A DNA stretch of 63,669 nt, counting the filler, from Phoronis australis (lineage: Eukaryota > Animalia > Phoronida), in NCBI GenBank assembly GCA_002633005.1. It is 7 parts of 7 records of this genome, joined end to end, with 100 filler letters (N's around TTAATTAATTAA, not from the genome) between each part and the next. Parts side by side here need not be neighbours in the genome. Positions count along the whole stretch, not along the records: positions 52,908 to 56,854 come from NMRA01002762.1; positions 56,955 to 61,823 come from NMRA01002470.1; positions 61,924 to 63,669 come from NMRA01003911.1; 4 more parts are not named here. The stretch is one strand, 5' to 3'. The stretch's first letter is position 1; each line of letters opens with the position of its first letter. A program made the translations under genes and the position numbers. Positions 53,201 through 63,669 of this stretch are shown piece after piece. Below the pieces are notes generated by a model that was given only the letters and a program-made list of their open reading frames with translations, was not told the DNA's origin and did no database searches.

Positions 53201-56200
53201 CCTGGCCGAAGCTACTAACTTCAAGAAATCTGTCTCATCCACTGGTAGTCTCTAAATTGCGTTTTCGGCTGTAGAACCAATTATTCCCCTTAAATAGTAC
53301 GACAGGATATACCTTACGTCTCAGAAAGGTCAACTAGGTATCAACAAGTCAAAGAATGTCAAAAGACGTCAGTTTTGACGGCCGCTCCAGACCAAGCGCA
53401 AATGATTTCTCATTTCATTTAAATTTGATGATATGGCAAAAAATGACATTGCTCATAAAGCGACACTTTCTGTATTCTTTCAAAATCAATAGATGTGCCT
53501 TCATAAAAGTTGATATATTATTAAAAGTACGCTAGGTCCATTCACGGTACCGAGACTCTTCGTGGCATCGTTACCAGCTAGACAAAGAACAGGAGCCATG
53601 GCGAACAAAAGTTATGCGACTATAGGCAGTTCCTTCAGTTGACCTAGACCTTGGTTACCTTCGTATTTCTCGCACCCACCTGCGTAAATTCGCTACACAT
53701 GCAAACGACAAATAATTTTGTTGACAAATTCACTGTACTCCGTCAGACAATTACAGAGACAATAGTCAATAATCTCAGCACCCGCGCAGTCGAGGGGAAT
53801 TTTCGTTCCATGGAATATTCCCATGGGTGAACCCTAAATTAGCTTGTAGTAGGATGCGTGCTTGACTGCCGAAACGAGGCTAGATGACTGTGAGAACACG
53901 TAGACCGGACTAACCCAATCGCCCACTTCTCGCCAAATCTCGCCTAATCAAACGTTTTATGTTCTTTGGTCAATGGGTTCCTTCATGTCGTAGAACTTAG
54001 TTCCATGGTCTTGTGTATAAGTGACACTCCACAAGTTTTGCGGGCTTTAAAAGTGTAATTTGAAAGGTCTAAGTATGTTAAATTGCAATAATATCTTCAA
54101 GGTATTGCTATTTAAGCCTGAAAAGCTAAGTCCACGCAGTTCTATCTCTGTTTCACTTTGTGTACAGAACCTGAAAATGTGAAGACTATGATGGGCCAAA
54201 CGCTTGCTCAAGGTCAAATAAATTTGATTCCAAAATGAAATTTCAATCTTTTACTACTGCTGCTAGTGCAAAAATCATCCAAAACGAGAGCGTATAACAC
54301 CAAAAGCTACCATTTGCGTGTGATTACTATGCAGTGAAAGGCACATCATTCCGACTGCAATAACCCTGCAAGTTACAGAAATCTGATGACAAGTATGTAC
54401 CCACCAGTCAGTGTTACAAATCCTAAGTGCCTAAATGTTACCTGTATTTCGTACTAAGTTTTGTCTTCCTTCTTGCTTCTAGCGAAGGTTTAAGGAAAGC
54501 CACGGCTGAGCAAAAAGGGGTCCGAGTGTAAACCGTTTCCATTCTTTCAATCTGCTGACTCTGTTGTGTTGTGAGCCAAAGACAAGAAGTGATAGAAAAT
54601 AATACATCGAAGACTCCATTACCACAAGGTCATAGTGACGTCATCATCTGTGACATCACTAAGTGACACTAATACAACACCACCCCGCCAGTTTCGGCTA
54701 CACCGGAACGAACTGTCCTCTTAGCTTAAGCCTCTCAGAATGACTGGAGTTATGAAATCTATTACCAGTAAGTAACCTTGAGTTAGTTCGTTTTAGCCTT
54801 ATCTGCTTTTGGCAAAGGCAAAATACCATCGGTATTCAAACAACTGCCAAACGTAACCTTCACACACAACACAAAACTCAAAATCCCCTGGTAACCCAGC
54901 AGCTGAGTCGGACAATTATTAATGAAATTTGAGGAGACCAGGAAGTAAAATTAACTGCGGCCCAAAAAAAAACCTATAGCGTGTCGCCGTAAGAGTACGC
55001 ACGAAGGGTTATTAACAAGCAAAAATATCTTTTAAATGGGCGCAATTTACAGTTTGTACTCTTCAAGACTATCACGAGACGGAAGTAGTCTTGTTATTAC
55101 ACCTACGTAGAATTGACTATAAAGGTACATTATTGGTTTTGCTGCTGAAAATGTACTTTTCGGATTGTTGATGGATGGGATGCACTTCTTGAATTTATTA
55201 GCGTTAACCAGAGGTATCAACAGCAAAGTCCGTAGTGTTTTTTTCTTGATTTCATTACAAATCGCCAATTCTCGCCGTTGTCTGCCAGATATTTGCTGAA
55301 ATCAAGGCAGGTGTTTATCATTTAAATGCATTTCAAATACTGTACTGTGAACGCGACGGCTTTGGCGCAGTGTTAGCGCATACAGCTATTACTTCGGAGC
55401 TACTGGGTTTGATTCCGCGCTACCGCTGCTTGCTGTACAATTACTTTTTTTCGCCGAAAACGTTTCTTTAAAAATATGTTATTCACTTCACGTTTAATGC
55501 AAAAGTAAGTCAGGTGCGTGACATCACGCAACCTGACGCACCACGAGTTGTGCAAACTGAAGTTAGAAATGAATTGATTTCTTACTGTCACTTGACTTGT
55601 AAAAACTATACATTAAATGAGAAGAGAGGTCCCTGCGGACAAAATAGACGCAGCAGTAGTAACTGCTTGCGTCCCAACCGTAACTGCACGCGAGAGAATA
55701 GTTCGCATCATATCTCTGGCAACACGCTGTACGTCGTGAAGGGTATTAATTACGCTCTAATTATTTTCTGCTCATTGTATCAAGAAGTGGCAACAAGATC
55801 TCAAAACCAATTTTCACTCCCAATATAGATGACTAAACCGGGAATGGTATTTTGAAAGAAGTACCGAGCATGCGCTGTGATCCGATTTAAGTAGCCGGCG
55901 CGAGTGCATATAATCCAGAAAAGAGTTGCCGCTTGTTTGCGCATGTTTCGTGTCCACCTTCAAGAGTCGCAGAACAACTCAAGAACTTGCCATAATTATT
56001 CACTCTCGTCGCCAAGTGTATGACCGAAGCCGAGTCGTTGTAATTTCTCGCCAAAATGTTTTGAACATTCCAGGTAAAATACGCATTATTTTCTCTTCCA
56101 GTAGACGTGTGGATGGTTTGTAGTTTCTTCTGAAAAGGCATATCATAACGTTTACCCAGTCTAGCATTGCGTCTTTGGAAAAGTACTGACAACAGTCATT

Positions 56201-56465
56201 AAACCAAGCTTTTAGACGTTGGGGCCTGCTCTTCCAAACAGTCCTCGTAAATGAAAAAATTATTTTACTGCTGCGTTGCCCTTTCCATATGATTTGTGGA
56301 CTTCTTTGAAATTGTCGTGTATGACATCGAATCAAGTGCTGTCAGTGTTGCCTATTGTCATTATCGTTCATTCTTAATGCTAAGTCAAAGTAATTGCTAA
56401 ACTACTGAAGTGTTTCGCCATGAAGCGTTTTCAATCGCTTATTTTATGCTTTTCATTAGTTGCCG

Positions 56466-56847
56466 ATGGAGAATTACGAATGGACGAAAGGCTCGTGGTT
56501 GGAAACTCATGGAGACGACAAATATAGCGTATACAACTTTAGCGGAGCTGGTGCTATTTTGGAAGACTTTAAACAAGATCTTCTCACTCTTGACTCGGTA
56601 GTGACCAACGTTCTGTTGTCTTTATATATACCTGTGTTCGTTCTCTCGTTCTTTGCCAATGGTTTACTCCTCTACGTTCTGTGTTCCGGAAAACGGATGA
56701 GGCGGATTCAGAACTACTTTATGGCGAACCTGGCCTTCTCTGACCTCGGAATAACACTAGTTTGCATGCCACTTACTGTCGGTCACGTGATCTACAAGTC
56801 ATGGGTGTTCGGAGCAATGCTGTGTAAGCTAGCACCATGTCTACAAG
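56466..56847 (+). CDS. Rhodopsin-class (class A) neuropeptide GPCR, first coding exon (N-terminus to TM3); QRFP/NPFF-SIFamide/orexin-related
   Basis: TM1 LYIPVFVLSFFANGLL, TM2 NYFMANLAFSDL...VCMP, ECL1 WVFGAMLCK, donor GTATGT after PCLQ-G at phase 1. Later exons were not found in the window. Confidence 0.88.
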
Positions 56848-59800
56848 GTATGTTNNNNNNNNNNNNNNNNNNNNNNNNNNNNNNNNNNNNNNNNNNNNTT
56901 AATTAATTAANNNNNNNNNNNNNNNNNNNNNNNNNNNNNNNNNNNNNNNNNNNNTACAGATGATCTGTGATAACAATTCTCAGGAACTTTAACTGGAAAC
57001 GTACATACATTAGATTTTTGGACTTTTATGAGAGACTCAGAGAAGACGTCAATTTTACAATTAAATGGTGAAGCACTGTGCTTACTGTTAAGAGTACGTA
57101 GGACCTTGATGACAAGTTTGTGCATTCAGTCAAATATAAAAAATGTGAAATTTAACTCAAGAAATTAATATATATTTCCAGAAAAAAGAATGCCAATGGA
57201 ATTCGACTCTTGACTTCAAAACAAACTTTCATTGACTGGGACACGTGACCATGCTTTTTTAGTAAAATTTAACAATTGAAAACAGAAAGGCACAATCATA
57301 GCAAAACATCAGTATGAATAACATAACCAAACTTTATCTGATATAAATGTTCAAGATGAAATCTGAAAAAAATAGCAACAGTTTTCTACGCTACCATTTC
57401 ATTTCAACTTACACAACTATTTTCATTTTTTTAATAAAAATCATATTTTTACAGCACTTCATGCCAGGAGTCGCTGCCTGAGAAAAACAAATCTAATCAT
57501 AGCCCATCACGTGAACAGACTCCTTAACGAGGCCATATCTGATAACCGACAAATCAGCAAAGTCAGAACAATGGATTCCAAATCAAATAGAATAGAGAAA
57601 TTTGAACTTTTGTTCTCGGTCTTTCAGAGTTCAATAATCAGCAAAGACTGTACAACCACTATGGTTGTCCTTGAGTGACCTCACAAATCGGGTCAGATAA
57701 GGTCACAAGTTCCAGTTGGGGGTGAAGGAGCAATGGAAAGAAGAAAAAGGCCAGCCACTTTTAAGTCTACCAGGAGGTTGTGCTCATTGTTGAAAAAGGG
57801 GTGACAGAATGGTGCAGTGGCCGTCTTCTATCACTTCCCGTGGTAAATAATGTAAATTAAATGAAACAAGATCATATACCAATAATAACAGCATAAAAAC
57901 GAATACGACCCAAAAATAAGTACGAAGGAAAATTCTCAACTACAACTGATATTTAGCAACGCCATACCGACTTAAAATGGTTCTTACCTAAAGCAAATGT
58001 TGGACTGACTATGTGCCTGACAAAATAGGGCACCCCAATAAAACAGTAATAGATTATTTTTGTTGGCTGGCACAGCCAGATGTTTCTAAACCTGGCTTGA
58101 TAAAAACAAGTCTAGTCTAGACACATTAATTCACATTAGAGCTCTGACACCAAGGGAGTCATAGACTGGTTACTTGGTAACTAAGAAAGAATTTAAAGAC
58201 CCAATTAGGTCAAGACAATCTTCAACTCCAATAAATCAAGCTAGCTCAGCGGCATCTTCCCAGTAGAAATAATCAATGAATTCCAATCAGTTCATTCCTT
58301 TAATACCTGTAATGAAGAATTCGCCTAAGTTAAACCAACAAAGGGTTTCACCCCAAAAAGATGAACCAAAGCAATGACTTTCAAACATATGCTGCACAAG
58401 GCTTCACAGCAGGGGAGTCCAATGGGATGCTAAAGTACATAAGCACTTATTCCAACACTGGTGAACTTTACTCAGAATAGTGCAGGCGACCCTCACTAAA
58501 TAAATTTTCTGTTTAATTCAACCTCTCCACTTTGGCAAAAGCAATGAAATGGGCTTTAAATTTTAACTTAAACTTGTCTAAATATTGGAACATAAATCAA
58601 GAGCACTTTTACTTTTTTATAAAAAATTAAAAATTTCAATCAGTAAGCTTTTAAAGTGAGGTGATTAAGACCCGTATAATCAGAGAAATCACATGTGACC
58701 GTCAGTTTAAATAGTTTCTGAATTATAGTCACTGAGACAATTTATACACTCAACATTTCCAGTAATTGTTTTAAGAAATATGAAACATTGGCCGGCAAAC
58801 AGAAAATCTATGTGATTTCAATCAGTTCAGAGGAATAAAACTCCAGATTAAATCACAACTCAAGCTACTTCACAACAAGATCTGAGGTTTTTTCGGTTCA
58901 CACTGGGTTCAGCAGAGGCCGAAGAGCTCCCAGCTAGGAGCAGTTGGTAACACAACAGGGACATCTGGGGTCATAGAATGCGGTCAGCGATGACTTCGGG
59001 TCACTGTGGTACAACAGTGGGGTCACCTTAGACACATGAGCAATGTTGTAGAGAGCATCAAGGAAAATATGTGATTTAATACTTACATCTTTTAGTCAAC
59101 TGTGTCATTATCAGGGCACTTTACAATAAGATATAACATTCTGAAGAAATATCATTCTACAAAAACTGATAACCGATAAATGTATATTAAACGCAAATGT
59201 ATATATATAATGAGAAAATTATGCAAAAAAGGCTAAAACACAAAAGGCACAGAAGGATTCTTTGACAAGGACAGACGGCAACAATTCCCCACGGTAACTG
59301 TGGTTAGGGATAACTGTGGATTGAGAAATATCCACTTTTGGACAACTTTGGAAATTCACAGCTCAGAATTGGCCCGTCTGATTCACGTGAATCTTTCTGA
59401 TACTATGTGCCTGCACTGCTCCAAATTGCTGTTAAAATTATTTTTAAAATGTTCCACTTTTGAACGAGGGGTTATCAAAAAAGGACTAACATGACTTTTA
59501 TGACAAAAAACCTTTACAGTTGCAAAAAAACGAAAGCAGAAGATTTTATCTTGACCATTTATATTGTACAAAATTTTCTCATGTTGTTGATCCTAAAGTT
59601 TTGCTATGAATGTACCTTTTTTACTAAATTTCACTAAAAAGGATGATCACGTACCTAATTAATGACAGAGTGGTATAAAGTTAAAAATTAAATTCCACTG
59701 AATTTCTAGTTTCAGGAAATATAAACATTTGTTGAGTAAGATTCTACAGTTTTGTAGATATTAGGCGGAGGTTAAATGTACAGTTTTGTCAATAAGATTC

Positions 59801-61293
59801 TGCATTACCTTAACATGATACTGGACACATAGATAATGATATTGGACACATAGATAATGATATTGGACACAATGTTTAGGGAGCTCGCTAACTTTTACGA
59901 GATCACAAAACCTTCATCTATCAACTTTTAAATATTCATTATCAAACTACACAAAAAGTATACATTTTCTGAAACCTTAGCAAGAACAAACACCAATTGC
60001 GCCATGAAATTTCCATAAGTGTTTGGTTATGTGGCTATTATGTTTGTCTATTATCTATTTTTTCATTTCTTGAACCATTAAAGTCACAAAAGTTCACCTC
60101 TTAAATATGCGTTTGTTAATTTCTGCAATGCAGGTTTAATCAGTTTACTACACCAGTTGGTTTTTAATAGGGTCGCAAAGCCATTTTAATACTTAGTCAA
60201 AAAACCAGAGTCACCTTTGACTATTGACAGCCAAAATTTCCACAATTCTCGGGACACAATTCCCTTGACCATGGAGCATATAACAGCCATGCAAATTGTC
60301 ACGGAAATCTCATGCAAAAATCGCCGTTCAAAATTATTGGAATGCCAAGTATTTTTTCACAAGACCTGATCAAAGCTGACCAATCTATACTGCTATGATA
60401 AATTATTTTAAGAACATTTGTTTTGAAAGTGATGAACTTGAGAGCACTATTCCCAACTGCTTTGTGTGTAACTATTTTCAATAATCTCTTGTCTTTTACA
60501 AGTAGTTTTAATTTACATTATCACCTAATTTTGTAATTCTGATTATCTGTAACACTGTATTTTTATTCTCTGGTTGCTCCGTGGTCAGCGGACCCTTCAC
60601 GTCCTTCACGGAGCCTACATAAGCATTAATTTGTATTAATTGTATTTTTGTCTTAACATGTACTACTAACTACTACTACTACTACTACTGTGAGAATGAC
60701 CAGGTTCAACAAAAAATAGCAGGCACTCAAACCAAACCTAAAATTTCAACACTTAATATTTTTGCCCTTTCGAACTAAGACAGACAAGATTTCAACAACA
60801 TTGTACCCAGGAAATCCCCTTCCAAACAGCATGGGGGGAAATATCGGTTCAGTTTCATTAATTAAAGGCTGGTTTAGTGCAGTCAAGGCCTAAACTGGTT
60901 GCAATCAAGTACAAACATATTAGGCTTTGGGTGTATTTGGTAGACACAGCTTATTTTACAATTCCAAAGGCTAATTATAGTCATAAATTCTCATCGAATG
61001 CACAGTGAACTTGGTACATTAGAGATAAGACCATATCAAACTTGGTGACCGGGTTGTTCTCGTTTTTAACATCCTGTTATCAGGTCATTGGGAGACCCAT
61101 CAGAAGAACTGGAACAGTCCATTTTGGGCACCTGGTGAAGGGGGTGTCCGAGTGATTGAAATCTAAAATTAATTGTAGCAATTGTGAGAGCAAAGCTTAA
61201 AGGGAAAAATTTATCTTGTTATAGATAGTTTTTCAGAAAAAATTATGCTAAAATAATCATTCACATTTATGAAATCCGAAGGTATATAATTGG

Positions 61294-61749
61294 TAGCAAC
61301 AGTGCACCCATTTTCGACACCTTTTTACCTTATTTTGCACTGCCATGTACATTCTCACTTGGCTCACAAAAGTGTGTATCCATGATTGACACCCCAATTT
61401 TCAACATTTCCAAAAGTACTATGCTAGATTTCCTGACAAGTTAAGATTCAATTTAATTAAATTTAAGAGGAATTCTGAGTGCTATTCAATATACATTTCT
61501 GCTTCAAATTTTCCTTTTTTTCAAAAATGGAAACTTGCCCATTGTCTACTTCCTCTGTTACTTCAGCCTGTTATTACCCGCATTCAATAAAGCAAGATTT
61601 TGCGTAAACACGATTCAGACGGCATGTGCGCAGTGCAAGCTCTTGGCGTCTGAGACTTGAACAGAATTCAATGTAACGACTAAGACCATTAAATTCCTGT
61701 TTATTCAATGAAAATTGTGAGGGTGTCGATCGTGGGTACACTGATGCTA
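61294..61749. mobile_element. MITE with TIRs of about 28 bp and TA ends
   Basis: TAGCAACAGTGCACCCATTTTCGACACC / GGTGTCGATCGTGGGTACACTGATGCTA. Confidence 0.7.
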
Positions 61750-61923
61750 ATACTACATTTCCTCAGAGTTTTAAAATTCAAAAATATGAAAATCATGGGT
61801 GATAGTCAGGTTGAACACACGCGNNNNNNNNNNNNNNNNNNNNNNNNNNNNNNNNNNNNNNNNNNNNTTAATTAATTAANNNNNNNNNNNNNNNNNNNNN
61901 NNNNNNNNNNNNNNNNNNNNNNN

Positions 61924-63060
61924 TGTTGTTGAACTTCTTCAGCCTTTCTCTGCCACCACTGATCTTGCATTTCCCTCAGTTCCAGCTGCGCTTTACTCTC
62001 TAAGTGTTTGAACCTGTCCTTCTTTGAGACGGACGATGGATCATTCTGCCACTCTACATAGGCTTTCTTCTTGGCATCAAGGGTTGTAGAAATGGCTTCA
62101 TCGTTTTCATCAAACCAGTCTTGGTGCACCCGGGGTTTCGGTCCCAGTACCATTTCTGCGGTTTCTGTCACGGCCTCCTTGAACTGCGCCCATTTCTCAG
62201 TGCTAGTTCCAACAAGTGGTGTGTTGCCTGATAGCGTGTCGTCCTGGGAATCCTGAAACCGATGAAGGTGTAGAGGATGCTTTAACCTGGCTGTGTTGAA
62301 GGATGCCCTGATAATTTTCTGCCTGTTGCGCTGCGGGGGAACGATGTGCACGTTGAAAAGAGATCGTACTAGCCTGTGATCTGTCCAGCATTCAGCGCCC
62401 CTCATTACCTGGGTAATCTTGACATCCTGCATATCCCGCTGGCGAACGATGACAAAGTCAATCATGTGCCAATGTTTGGATCTGGGATGCATCCAGGTGG
62501 TCTTGTACTTGGCTGCTAGTCTGAACATAGTGTTGGTGATACACAGGTTGTGCTCAGCGCATTTACTTAGTAGGAGCATGCCGTTGCTCCTGAAATTGCC
62601 TACTCCGTGCCGTCCCAACACACCTTCCCAACTACTGCTGTCATTTCCGACTCGGGCATTGAAGTCTCCGAGGATTACAAGCTTGTCATTCGGGGAGTTG
62701 TCCTGATGATCTGGTCAAGGTCTTCGTAGAAGCGTTCCTTTGCTTCTTCGGGACTAATGAGCGTTGGGGCGTAGGCGATGATGATGGTGATGTGGCGAGA
62801 CTTGTTCAGTGGGAAGCGAAGCTTCATTAGGCGCTCATTGACACTAGTGGGAAGAGTAGGGATGTCCTTCAACATGGTGGACTTGATAGCAATTCCTACT
62901 CCATAAATTCTGTCTTCAGCCTCTGGTTTCCCTTTCCAGAAGAATCTGTAGCCTCCCTTCTCCTCTTTCAGTGACCCTTCATCAGCGAGTCTCGTCTCGC
63001 TGAGAGCTGCAATGTCTACGCTGGAGTTCTCTAGCTACAAGTGCAGTCCTTCTTTCTGGT
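61924..63060 (-). mobile_element. RTE-clade LINE (BovB-like), AP-endonuclease region, frameshifted; RT lost in gap
   Basis: IAALSETRLADEG...GVGIAIK...AYAPTL...LGDFNARVG...TTWMHPRSKHWHMIDFVIVR...CWTDHRLV...QDWFDEND. Confidence 0.92.
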
Positions 63061-63193
63061 CCAAGCCAAATGTCATTTTTCATAATTTTTGTGTTTCAAT
63101 ACAGAGAATGTTACAACTCGAAGCAACGTTGTTGCACCGTCTACAAGTTCTGTTCCAACAACCACGATGTTTGTGTTCAATGACAATCTTCTC

Positions 63194-63590
63194 TGATTTG
63201 AGGTCTGAATATCGCATCATTAGATTTTGGAAAAAAGTGGTCTTTCTCAGCATTGTGGATCTGTTACAAACATGTACAGGGTTTTGTATGTTTTGGCTGA
63301 TATAGAAAAGTGATGAGTGGAAGGTCAAGAAAGGCATTTCTCAATAAAGGAGCCAAGAGTGATTAGTGATTTGTTTTGAAGGTTTTTTAATCATGATTGA
63401 CGTGGACAAATTAGCTTCATATTTGGGGATGTTGTGCAAGTTTATGTCAATATTCCATGATTTGAGCTGTGAATATCACCTCATTAGATTTTCTGAAAAA
63501 GTTGTCTTTTTCACCATGGTGCATCTGTTACACAAGTTCAAACACAAAAAAAGTCATTACTTAATAACTAGGCAGTCAAGAGTGATTAGT
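63194..63590. repeat. Diverged direct repeat, period about 265 bp
   Basis: GATTTGAG...GAATATC..TCATTAGATTTT...ATCTGTTACA at about 63195 and 63459. CAAGAGTGATTAGT occurs twice. Confidence 0.55.
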
Positions 63591-63669
63591 TGCTCATTTT
63601 GAAGTGGTTATGTTTAAGCTCTGATTTTTCGAAATGATGGTGTTCTGTGTTCCTTCAAAAGTGTGTTAG

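Noticed and set aside
54636-54643. CRE palindrome TGACGTCA about 1.8 kb upstream of the GPCR start
   Set aside because: The same 8-mer also occurs near 47606 and 48983. There is no independent evidence of function.

Overview
AT-rich animal genomic DNA with spliceosomal introns and a repeat landscape that suggests an invertebrate, possibly marine (inference only). It is a draft assembly with N gaps, six of which contain an artificial TTAATTAATTAA linker. Host genes: a nearly complete paraplegin (SPG7, mitochondrial m-AAA protease) gene on the + strand at 17262-32343, with 17 visible exons in consistent phase and one exon lost in a gap, and the first coding exon of a rhodopsin-class neuropeptide GPCR at 56466-56847. 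The rest is mostly mobile DNA: degenerate Gypsy pol and LINE fragments, an RTE-clade LINE, a piggyBac transposase fragment, a DIRS/Ngaro-like gag, SINEs, MITEs and tandem repeats. Best candidates for novelty: (1) a TatD-family nuclease C-terminus (minus strand, 10711-10887, too short for the ORF track) lying upstream of the polypurine tract and 3' LTR of an LTR retrotransposon; (2) a miniature LTR element (TRIM, 35892-36371) with a tRNA-Ser primer site and tRNA-like Pol III boxes in its LTRs; (3) a decayed ~2 kb ORF for an acidic repeat protein split by a MITE with a 5-bp target-site duplication. All calls were made by eye and none was database-checked.
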